64,000 bases of DNA from Schmidtea nova (lineage: Eukaryota). Positions 14,059-24,959 of the stretch are shown piece by piece. Position numbers and translations under genes: made by a program. Within the stretch, counting starts at the first letter, position 1; every line of letters starts with the position of its first letter. Where the stretch lies: positions 66,154,001 to 66,218,000 of the forward strand of contig CM097884.1 in the NCBI GenBank assembly GCA_044892505.1. The letters are read 5' to 3'. The notes beneath the pieces were generated by a model. That model had not been told where the DNA came from, made no database searches, and worked only from the letters and a program-made list of their open reading frames with translations.

Positions 14059-17022
14059 TGCTGGGTTTATCTTTGTGTTTAGATAAAATATGTCGACTAG
14101 GGAACTCCTCACCCATATCCCTACATAAATACGAAATTATCCTACTCGTGTGCCTCTAGCTAGTCCCCATCCAACTACGCACGGTGCTGAAAAAGTGATG
14201 GGCTGGCGAGCTTTATTGCTTTAACTACTCCTAATTACCTTTCCTCGTCGGGTTCACGCTGCCGATAGAAGGTCTTACGCTGTTAACTAAGTTGTAGGTC
14301 CTATTAATTTTTATCAATTTCTACTATTACTTTATGCATGGGTATTTTAAATTTTTTCTAGCTTCGATTAATAAGTATAATTCGTTTTGAAATTTTCGCT
14401 ACTTCTTTTTGGGTTTTAAATCATGACCAAGAAGAAAATCAATACAAAGGTTTTTAATTCATTTATTTTAATTACAAATTTGCGTTTTAGAGCGGTAATA
14501 TCTCTGCCAGTAAATCTAATTTACATAGATCGTTAAGCCTGTCTACTTGGGTGGCCAACTGTTGTGCAAATTCTCTCTTGCGACGCCGCTGCTTTGACCC
14601 CAGCCTTCTGTGCTTAGCGACTATGTGCATGTTCGGTGGATTTACTGTGTTCCGCATGGCTTCGATGGGTTCTGAAGTAGGCAATCGGTACCCACTGAGA
14701 AGTTAGTTGAGCCTGTTGTTGCCCATTGTTGAGCCGTTATTGGCCTGATAAGTGTCCGAAGTTCGGTGTCGATATAAGAATGTGTTACCGCGTTTAATCA
14801 GTTCCGTAATTCTCGTTGTAATGCGTCGAGTACTTCTTTTGTCTCGTCTACGACTCTTTTGGCTCTTTCTGTTTTCACGGTTTGCTCCTTCATCTTCTCT
14901 GGAGCAAATCATTTCTGTCGCAATTCTTATTTCTGGGCAGTGATTCTTTGCACTTGTTGATGAAGCTCTCATATCTGCTGATTCTGTCTCTGTTGGTCTA
15001 CTTTATTGGTGATCTTTACTGTGTTCATCGTCGGACTTCAATAATGAAACGAAGAAAATCTTTAGTGAACGGCTATTGCATAACTTGACTTTTTAACTAT
15101 AATAAATAGATTTAGAGACACGAAAATATTTGAAAGAAAGGAATGGATTTAAAACGATACTACATTTATTAACAATGATCATTCGATGCACAATTTGTCC
15201 TTATAGGAAAAAATGTGGTGAATCTGAAGATCCTTTTGAATAGGGCTGGATACATTGTTTGAATCTGTCAAAAATTTTCGTTGGGCCTTTCGTAGGGGCC
15301 GGATTGCTGTCACTAATATGAATCCCAGCTCCTTCAGTGCTGAGGCCGGAATGTAGCCCCAATAAATGAATGTTTGAGGATATTCTGATTCATCCAGTAG
15401 CAACACGAACCAGTCGATATACCCTTTTCATAATCCGCTCCTGTAATGACAGGCCAATGCGGGCTTCCATGGTACCATACGTGGTGCCTTGCATGATACC
15501 ATACCGTGAAAGGACAGGCGGTGTATAGCTCCCGGTGCCATTACCACATGCGTTGGTGAACTTGCTGGAGGATCTCTAACGGAAGATTTTCAGCGGACTC
15601 ATGATTGACTCTTTTTGCACTGTCATTCGATTTTTTCGGTTCCAATAGCTTCGTCTGGACTTCTCGTGATAACGGTTTTTTTGATAGTGTCATATGATGA
15701 TGATCGTTTTAAATAGAACTTTATATGACTGTCATAAGTTATTAATTTGGACCCATAGTTAAATACCTTAGCGCAAAAATATTCCCAAATACTTCCCTTA
15801 ACATCGGAATCCCCGTTTGGTCACTAGCAATGATCATCCCGATTCCCCCTTGCCTCAATTATCACTAAAACTCTCTAGCCGTCAATGTCAGTATAACCAA
15901 TGTTTCCTCGAAAATTCTCTCTAGTCTAAATTATTTTGGTGATTAATGTGTGAAAAATATTCTGCTCCTAACCGAAAATCCCCGCCTGTCCGTTATAGTT
16001 ACGAATGAAGTTTAATATTTCTATCGTTAACCGACCTGTTATCTCTTATGAAAAATTAAACATCCTTTCCGTCACTTATCAAAAATCCCTCCCTCACTAT
16101 TTCGCGAAACCCGGAAAATATAAAGTTTCCTTTCAGTAGCAAAATAGTCGTTTTATTACCCCTTCTTGTCATCTGTACAACCTCGACAAATCTAGAATTT
16201 TACTCAACTGTTTTAAAATGAGATTATCATTAATCTTAAATTTTCTTAGACCAATCACACACCATGGCGTGGAACCAATAGACTCCACGGTCACGGATGG
16301 CACCCAAAGTAGCTTGCGCTCCAGAGGTAGTGCATAAAAACTATGATTAGATATTAAACATTATTATAAATGAATAAGAAAAACAATATCGTATAAAATT
16401 ATATAATTATGATTCAATCATGGGAGCATGATACACAAATACATAATAAAATTACTGAAATATGTCCTCGCAAACTCTGCTCTGATGTTCAGGAAAATTA
16501 AATCAAGATTTCAGTTGTTAATTAAAATTTCCCTCTAAATTTTAAGTCTACAAGTTTGATTAGTTGAATGTCTGTAAAGTCGACAATTTAACTAAGTCTC
16601 AAATTTGAGTGCTGAAAATAATGAACTTAGGGTCGGTATTTATACCAATCCAGTTCGTCCGATTGACCAATCAGGATCAAGCCGCCCTTCACAGTAGGTC
16701 CTCATTAAATTTTAATCATTCAATTAAATTTGTCACCAGATTTCGATTTTCAAACTCAATGAACTAATGAAAAGTACTTTTATTTATTTTATTTTAACAT
16801 TATTTTCATTTTTTTCCATTCTAGTTTCTACAATTCTGCGGTTCTTGATGCGTTGGACCATAAGCTTATAATTATTAATTTATTATTTTTTCTATTTACG
16901 CTATTATATTTATTTTTAGTCTCATGTTGGGTCTTTATGGTTTAGCTTTTGCTGGTATTTCATTTTTTGTTTTAATTAATCGTCATATTTTAATGTTTTT
17001 TAATCATTTAGCTGGCCCAACA
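14059..17022 (+). mobile_element. ~3-kb LTR-like element (solo LTR of a large Gypsy, or non-autonomous)
   Basis: TGCTGGG...CCCAACA termini, 4-bp TSD GTAG, and the 5' block shared with 4301 and 42760. Confidence 0.65.
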
Positions 17023-17903
17023 GTAGTTTCTCGAGGTTCTTATATTCGTAAAAATACATTATGGACATTTAAGTTATATTAATAAACAACATTTGTTTTA
17101 ATTAAGTATTTTCAATTCGAATCTTTTAAAATATAAAACAACAAAATTACAAAAAATCAAAGATATTACAACTGAGGAAAACTTTGAGTACAGAAAAAAT
17201 TTTACATCACAATAGTTAATTATAATATAAACAAATAGCAAAAGCACATTAGTAATTTATGGAGTTTATAAGTACAGAGAGGAAAGACATGCAAAATTAC
17301 AAACACAATGAAAAATCAATTTACAATTTTCCTTTCTAAGAGAATTTTTAAATATTTAAAAAATTTGAGAAATTTGTTTCTACAATAAATAGAGTTGACA
17401 ACAAAATTATTTTAAATACACAATTTTGTTTTCTTATATTTTTAGATTCGTGTTAATTTTACAATGTAAATCTTTAAACGTTTCTGTTATAAATAAATTT
17501 TCAATAAATGTTTTATAATTTTTCTTATTGCCAATGTAAACATAGCCTACTGACAATTGTAAACAATAACAATTTACTAAGAGGAAATCAGTAAACAATG
17601 GTGAATCTTTTGATTTGATATTTGTTACTTAATTAATGTAATTTCTAATTAATTTTTAAATTAAATTATTTAATTTAAGTTTAATTGAGTTTAAAAATAA
17701 TTATTTTTTAAAAGAACGTAATTAAATAAACTAAAATACACACTTGAAAAGACTGCAGAAAATTCGTGTACTTTTAAAAAAAATTTTTGATATAATAATA
17801 ATAATAATAATAACTTATAAAACTCATAAAAACTTATAAAAATAAAAACTAACAATAACTTATAACAATAAAATTAAGAAATCTATAATTTAAAGACAAT
17901 AAA

Positions 17904-18803
17904 TCAAGCAAAATAGTCATGATCATTATGATACTCGTCAATGAAATGACATGGATTGTCTGGATTGCTTTTATTGTTGTTTTGATTATTTCCTTCAATA
18001 TTGATATGATCGTACAAAACTGGTGTCATTGGTCGATTGAACGGCTCTGGATCGGCATCTGGCTTGTCAATAAAGGTATCACCCACCCGAAATTTAAACT
18101 TTTATTTTTTATGACCCAAAACCTTGTCGTCCATATTTCCAAGTGTTTTTTTGTTCTTAATGCTATATATCTGATGATTTTTACTACAAATTCTAAATTG
18201 CGGTACCTTATAAATCCTATTGTTGACATAGCAATCAAGATACGACTCATGACTTAGCCCAGTATCTTTCAACTTAACTCCCTTAGCCTTCATGTTACTC
18301 TCATCACTCAACAGACTGTAACATTTAGGCCTCAGGAACACCCACTCCTTATATAATAGTCTTCTAATCTCGTCTTTGAAACTGCCAATGACAAAATCAA
18401 GGTTCCTATTATATAACAGATGATTTGGGTCATAGTTGGATGTGTCAAACAACTGGTCTCTAATCATAACAACTAAAAGAATATCAAGACTACAATTTTT
18501 AATCTCCAAAGAAGGAATCAGTGTCTCCAGCAACTCTATTAATCTGATAGTTCAATTCGTTACGATATCTTTGTAACTAATTGTACTGTAGCTCGTACAT
18601 TCTCAGTTTCGATAAATCTAGTACAGTTTGACTAATGTAACTAGGTCTATCCACTGACTCATTCCTAAGCAAAACCGAAATCAAATCGTCGTCTAGCTTG
18701 GCTGTTTTCCTAAATGTCAGTTTTGAGGCATGTGATAAGTTTTTGTGCTGAATTGCACAGTCGCAAATTAATTCGTTTTTTCAGGTTTTCAACAGTTTTT
18801 TCC
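17904..18803 (-). pseudogene. pPolB C-terminal remnant
   Basis: GKTVENLKKRINLRLCNSA, DRPSYISQTVLDLSKLRMYELQY, AGDTDSFF, DQLFDTSNYDP, WVFLRPKCYSLL, with stops and frameshifts. Confidence 0.92.
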
Positions 18804-19168
18804 ATCCGATAATATATTTTAAGTCTGGTAGATTTTAAATTATGAGATGCAAGGAATTTATTATGTGATGAAAAAGTAAAGATTTATGATTTAACAATCC
18901 AATCGATTACTGTAACAGTAGACTTGGGATTTAGCTGTAATTTAAATGATTTGGCTAAATTAATAGAATGTGTTTACGAGCCAGAAATATTTCCAGCTTT
19001 GAGACATAAAATATAATCCCATGCGTGTTCATATATTTGTAAGCGGTAAATTAGTAATATTATGATTAAAAGCTAGGGACTATTCAAATATAGTTGATAA
19101 TATTATTACCGATATATAATCAATTATTGAAGATAAAGTTTTTGGATTTCATATTAACACGTGACTCA
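18803..19168 (+). pseudogene. TBP-like gene remnant (paralogue of 24960-25427)
   Basis: PIIYFKSGRF, LTIQSITVTVDLG, VYEPEIFPAL, IFVSGKLVIL, with stops and frameshifts. Confidence 0.88.
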
Positions 19169-19418
19169 TGATTGCAATAAACCTGCAAAAATAATGCACG
19201 ATTCTAATTGGCTCAATGTGTATTTCACGAATAAAGACATGTTATGCATACTCGAATCTGATTGGTTCAGTTTGTAATATTTTATACATACTTTGTGTCT
19301 CTATCGTATATATACAATGGACATTTTGTAATCATTTATATTCACAGTCAAAAATGTCCGATATAATAAAAAGTTAAAAATTTACTATTTTTTATTTTTA
19401 TAATTTTTTTAATTTTAG

Positions 19419-20000
19419 AAAAATTAATGGCTGTACTTTTCACCAAACTTGAAGAAATCTATCCTATGCTGATGTCGAAGCTGACCTATACGGCACCGGA
19501 GTTGTTTCCCTACAAAATTCAATGTCTGGCCTGGATCGATATTCACCAGGTCTTGCTCGTTACCTGGCCAATAGAGACTCTGAGATTCCTTATATGGCGG
19601 AGCACATCCTCTGTCCCTACCAATCTGGTCACTGTACGGACAGCATCCAAAAGTTTCAAATCTGGATGCTTAGGAACGTACTGAAACAATTTGAAGAAAA
19701 TAAATAAAATACTATCAATGAAGAAGAAGAGGCAGATGACCGAAAAATGACCGAATTCAACATCAGAAGCGTCCGATTGTGAAGGATTGCCTGATTATGA
19801 TTGTCAAAAAACGGCTGTTTGTAATTGCTAAAAATCAGCTGTTCAACTCAATTGTCCGAATTCCTTTATCTTTTAGTTGTTCGACTCCCAATGGATAAAT
19901 CGCCCAAATGCGATGAGTCGCCAAAAAGCGATGAATCTATTGAATTGCCTCAATCGCCTGATTGCGGATAATGTCATCGCAAAATCAGTGATGATATGTG
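19419..20000 (+). pseudogene. Paralogue of accessory gene 24216-24765
   Basis: KLEEIYP.LM..LTYTAPELFPYKIQ, MAEHILCPYQSGHC; same upstream intron acceptor (TTTTAG|AAAAATTAATG). Confidence 0.85.
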
Positions 20001-20199
20001 ATAAATCAACAATATTCAATGTATAAGCGTTTTTATTTATTTTATTAATCAGAATTAGTTAAAAAATGTTTTTTATTTGTCCTTTTATGAGGTATCATTT
20101 TATTTAATAAATGTTTTAATTATTCATTTTTGGTTTTTAATAAGTATTTTTATTAAGTTGTTATTTAATTTTTAAATAAGTTATTATAAATTTGCAGTC

Positions 20200-20608
20200 A
20201 CGCAAATCAACTTATAACATCGATGAAGAAAGAAAACTCCAGACTGAAGTCAAACCAGTCCAATGTATTATGATTACAAAATCTATTTCTTGATAGAAGA
20301 AATTCTGTTTCGTTTGTCGTGTCCACTGAAATTAACAAAGTTATTGTATGAGAGTTTAGCTGCAATTATTGCTAAAGAAGATGTTGTTGCACTATATAAA
20401 GTTTTATTGAAAATCAATAACAATTTAAGTTGCGAAGAAACTATTTATATCAACAACAGAAAACTCATTTCCATGATGCTTTCCAATCTATCAAATACAA
20501 GGGTCAAGAACATTGGTTCATTACTATAATCGTTCAGGGATATAAAATCGATACTGAAGATGTTATAACTCCAATTTGGAGAATTGATAGTGCACGATAT
20601 GCATAAAT
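20200..20608 (+). pseudogene. Paralogue of accessory gene 23257-23673
   Basis: TEVKPVQMYYDYKIYFLIEEI, IIVQGYKIDTE.V.TPIWRIDSARYA, with frameshifts. Confidence 0.85.
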
Positions 20609-21489
20609 GTTATTTAATAAATTTTAGTATTTTCAATTTTAGTTTTTCTTGTTCAAATTTTTATAAGTCTTTAAAACTTTTGGTAACATANNNNNNNNNN
20701 NNNNNNNNNNNNNNNNNNNNNNNNNNNNNNNNNNNNNNNNNNNNNNNNNNNNNNNNNNNNNNNNNNNNNNNNNNNNNNNNNNNNNNNNNNNNNNNNNNNN
20801 NNNNNNNNNNNNNNNNNNNNNNNNNNNNNNNNNNNNNNNNNNNNNNNNNNNNNNNNNNNNNNNNNNNNNNNNNNNNNNNNNNNNNNNNNNNNNNNNNNNN
20901 NNNNNNNNNNNNNNNNNNNNNNNNNNNNNNNNNNNNNNNNTAACATGTCTTTGTTAAATTTCAGCTGTAATGTCGTTTTTTTAATGTACAAAGGGGGAAA
21001 CAATTTGCAGTAGGTATGTGCATCATACTTTTAATTACCTTTAGTTTGATACCAATATTATATGGTTTTAAAAGATTTTGAACCTTGGACCACATGAGGG
21101 TATGACCATCATACTCAACTTTCAATTACCTTTAGTTTTATATATATAAATATATATGGTTTGATAATTTTGATGGTTTAGCACCTTTCGATGGTCGAGA
21201 ACCCACCATACATCTTCGAGGGAACCACCATCATACTTGACTCGCAATTACCTTTTGAATGATATATATATTATAAGGTTTTAAAATTTTGAATCTTGGA
21301 CCCTTGGAGGGTATGACCTTGATACTTGTGATTGAATTACCTTTAGTTTGATATATAATTATATATATATATATAGTCTTTGAAATTTTGAAGGTTTTTG
21401 AACCCTTGAGGGTCTAACACCCATTATAAACCTTCAAAGGTATGATCATCACATGTACCCTTCAATTACAGTAGACAGAAGTGTGCACC

Positions 21490-22275
21490 ATGAGTCATCG
21501 CAGAACAAAGGAAATGACGTCATCGATGAGTCATCCATGACCCCCCCCGATGACTCATAAATGACGTCATCGATGACTCATAAATGACGTCATCGATGAC
21601 TCATCGATGACTCATCGATGACTCATCACATGACTCATCGATGACTCATCGATGACGTCATCGATGACTCATTTCAAATTTGAATTTTATGACGTCATCG
21701 ATGACTCATTTCAAATTCAAATTTTAAATTTAAATTCCCAAGGGTCCAATAAGGTCAGACCTTCAAACAAGGGTATCATTCGAAAGGTCTTTTAAAGGTC
21801 TATCCAATGGTCATACCCTCGAAGGTGTATGGAGGGTCCTTAACCTTCAAGGGGTCAAAAACCTTCAACCTTTTACAATCCTTATAATATACATATCAAA
21901 CAAAAGGTAATTGGGAGGTAAGTAAGATGGTCATACCCTCGAAGGTGTATGGAGGATCCTTAACCTTCAAGGGGTCAAAAACCTTCAACCTTTTACAATC
22001 CTTATAATATACATATCAAACAAAAGGTAATTGAAGGGTGCACACAATGGTCATACCTTCCAAGGTCTATGGTGGGTGCTCAACCTTCAAAGGGTACAAA
22101 ACAAAGATATAAAGGTAAGTACGGTTTTCTTAATGACTCATACTGATGAGTCATTGGGATGACTCATTAGTATGACTCATCAATATGACTCATCAGTATC
22201 ACTCATTGGTATGACTCATCAGTATGACTCATCAGTATGACTCATCAGTATGACTCATCAGTATGACTCATCAAT
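21490..22275. promoter_or_regulatory. AP-1 (TGAC/GTCA) and CRE (TGACGTCA) motif arrays within the TIR
   Basis: About 21 TGA(C/G)TCA and 5 TGACGTCA by eye, in an 11-bp-unit block (21490-21710) and a 13-bp-unit block (22130-22275). Function is inferred. Confidence 0.6.
21806..22092 (+). repeat. 120-bp tandem repeat (about 2.4 copies) within the TIR
   Basis: ATGGTCATACCCTCGAAGG...AAAAGGTAATTG recurs at a 120-bp period. Confidence 0.9.
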
Positions 22276-22367
22276 AAATATTAACAAAGACAATGCAATC
22301 CATGTGCAAAGAAACAAAGACAATGCAATCCATGTGCAACGAAACAGAGATAAATTGTGTGTGTGTT

Positions 22368-22545
22368 TAAGACAAATCACAGTACTCATTGAACGCGCGT
22401 GAAACGCGCGTTCTTCTTCCTTGTTTTATAAGACAAATCACAGTACTCATTGAACGCGCGTGAAACGCGCGTTCTTCTTCCTTGTTTTATAAGACAAATC
22501 ACAGTACTCATTGAACGCGCGTGAAACGCGCGTTCTTCTTCTTCC
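22368..22545 (+). repeat. 62-bp tandem repeat x3 with a GAACGCGCG-TGAAA-CGCGCGTTC hairpin
   Basis: Three near-identical units at the inner TIR edge, mirrored at 38474-38645. Confidence 0.92.
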
Positions 22546-22588
22546 CTTGTTGTTTAATATAATAATAATAATAATAATAATAATTTAT

Positions 22589-23206
22589 TTATTTATAAAT
22601 ATATTGTTGCGAACGTGTACAAAATTTGGATTCAAAATTATTACTACTAGGAATATTATTCATAGGAACATTATTTACAGGAATTTTATTCTTATTAATA
22701 TTCTCTAACCTTATCGATGTTGCCAATATCAAGATCATTATTAATATGAATAAACTTATGTAATGTAAAACTATCGATGTTTTTTCGCTTTCAACTGTTT
22801 GATTTTGGTATCTGACTTCATATTGTTTTTTAACAATTGTTTGATTCGTACATTTCAAACTTTCAACAATTTTCATCATTATTTTCAACATTATTTTTTC
22901 CATTTCTTTATTAATCAAATCATTTTTTGAAGGACATTGTAATTTTATTTTGCTAATTATTTTTTCAATATCATTATTATTAATCAAATTATTTTTTGAA
23001 GGACATTGATCACATTGTAATTTTATTTGATTGCATTCAGTGTTTGAGTAAACACATATTTCATTATAACTCGCACAAGTACTATCTTCTCTTCTAAACG
23101 GATGGGTTGATTGGCAAGCTTCTAAAGCCTGTTCTCCATCAGTATTTTGAACACACAATAAAAATACAAACATGGTTATAAGCAGTTTCATTTTAAATAA
23201 ATACAA
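22589..23206 (-). CDS. Type-I membrane glycoprotein with a Cys-rich N-terminal ectodomain
   Basis: Signal peptide MKLLITMFVFLLCVQNTDG, 6-Cys cluster, two NQT sequons, TM segment IVLHYISLFILIMILILAT, short tail. Confidence 0.75.
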   Translation of the reverse strand: MYLFKMKLLITMFVFLLCVQNTDGEQALEACQSTHPFRREDSTCASYNEICVYSNTECNQIKLQCDQCPSKNNLINNNDIEKIISKIKLQCPSKNDLINKEMEKIMLKIMMKIVESLKCTNQTIVKKQYEVRYQNQTVESEKTSIVLHYISLFILIMILILATSIRLENINKNKIPVNNVPMNNIPSSNNFESKFCTRSQQYIYK

Positions 23207-23256
23207 AATAAAATAAAAAACTAAATTTGTTCATAGTAAAATTTATTAAATAACAA

Positions 23257-23673
23257 TTAGGCGTATCGTGCATTATCAACTCTCCAAATTGGAGTTGTCA
23301 CTTCCTTTTTATCAACCTTGTATCCTTGAATGATTATCGTAACGAACCAGTGTTCTTGATCAATGAACTCGATTGTTTGATAAGCATTATGGAAACGAGT
23401 CTTCCTGTTATTGATATACATCGTTTCTTTACAAATTAAATTCACATTGATTTTTGAAAATACTCTATTTAGTGCGATAATATCCTCTTTATCAATAATA
23501 ATAGATAGACTATCATACAACGACTTTGTTAATTTTACGGGATAAGATAAGCGAAACGGAATTTCTTCTACCAAGAAATAGATTCGGCTATCATAATACA
23601 TCTGGACTGGTTTCACCTCAGTCGGGAATAATCTTTCTTCGCTGACATCATAACCTCGTTTTCGTGAATCCAT
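23257..23673 (-). CDS. Conserved Polinton accessory protein of unknown function (138 aa from MDSRKR)
   Basis: Homology to the decayed paralogue at 20200-20608 starts at this Met. Confidence 0.7.
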   Translation of the reverse strand: MDSRKRGYDVSEERLFPTEVKPVQMYYDSRIYFLVEEIPFRLSYPVKLTKSLYDSLSIIIDKEDIIALNRVFSKINVNLICKETMYINNRKTRFHNAYQTIEFIDQEHWFVTIIIQGYKVDKKEVTTPIWRVDNARYA

Positions 23674-24215
23674 TTTTATAAATTGTGACAAATTTGTAGA
23701 AATGACTTTGTATTTATAGTGAGTACTGGATGCCTTTGTCCAATCACAATCATGCATTTGTATTGCACACGTTATACATGTCTTTGTTGTAAGTGTGTGT
23801 GTGTTGTATATGTTCAAGTAATAAGCTTTTGCATATAAAAACCATAACAAAAGATGTACTGATAGTAAGGGTCTGTAAGTGGATAAAATATTTATTTATA
23901 TCACAATAATTTATTTTACAATAATTTTTTTATAAAAAATACTATTTTTAACCTTGGTAAATAAAAAGTTTAATAATTACTCAAAGTTAAAATAATTAAT
24001 TAAATTCATAATAATAATTTAAAGTTAAATAAAAAATTATTAATAACTATTACTAAAAACTATTAAAAAACTAAAACTATTTCTTAAAAACTGTTACTTA
24101 AAAAACTAAAAAACTAATACTAAAAAACTAATAAAAACTAAAACTGAAACTAAAAACATTTATTAATATGAAAAACCTAAAAAATCACTGTTTACAAATA
24201 CACACAAATTGATAA

Positions 24216-24765
24216 TCAATGTTCTTCAGGAACTCGGTGACATTCGTCACAATCTGGAGATTCGGGAGACTCCATCGGCTCATCGGATTCGATTGGATAT
24301 GGCCCATCTAGAGTTGGGCAATCAGAATGAGCCGGACAATCTGTAGAATCCATCGATTGATCCGGAGTTGAATTTGGCCATGGCTCTTTGATATCTTCTT
24401 CCTCAATTGTTTCCAGCTGCGAATCGAATTCCTTCAATGCGTTTCTGAGAACCCAAATGTGGTATTTTCGGATCCTCTCAACACAATGATCGCATTGATA
24501 AGCGCATAATATATGCTCAGCAATGACGGGCAAATCATTGTGGATATTGGATATATGATCCAAAATTATTTTATTGAGATCGATGCCGGTCAGCATTTGA
24601 ATCTTGTACGGCAGAATTTCTGGTGCCGTGTATGCCAAGGTAGGCATTAATTTCGGGAAGATTTCTTCGAGCTTGCCCAGGACCACATTCATCAGTTTTC
24701 CTGAAAAAAGAAATAATATTAAAATTGAAAAAAGATTAATTAAAATCTTTACCATTTTTATTCAT
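24216..24765 (-). CDS. Accessory protein with a His/Cys cluster and acidic Pro-rich tail; 52-bp intron 24701-24752
   Basis: MNKNG|GT...CAG|GKLMNVVL splice is in frame; HILCAYQCDHC and CDECH motifs; paralogues at 19419 and 57551 share the acceptor. Confidence 0.75.
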
Positions 24766-24959
24766 ATTTTCTTCTAAGCACATTTTTAATTCTAAATTAT
24801 GAGAAAATGTTCTTAGTATATATACGATAGAAACACACATCATGTACGAAATGAACAACTTTAAACCAATAAGAATCAAGCATGCACAACATGTCTTTAT
24901 TCTATCGATACACACTCGACCAATCAGAATCGTGCATTTCCATTGCATGAATATTGCAG

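Larger units (their letters stand above)
21470..22539 (+). repeat. Left TIR
   Basis: Reverse complement of 38474-39542; by eye only one 1-bp poly-C indel and one substitution. Confidence 0.97.

Noticed and set aside
15179-15406. Retropepsin (LLD...) motif
   Set aside because: LLDESE lacks the D(T/S)G signature and no pol domains follow.
22511-22708. ORF MNARETRV... (mirrored at 37678-38502)
   Set aside because: Read-through of the 62-bp TIR repeat into (AAT)n or N runs; spurious.
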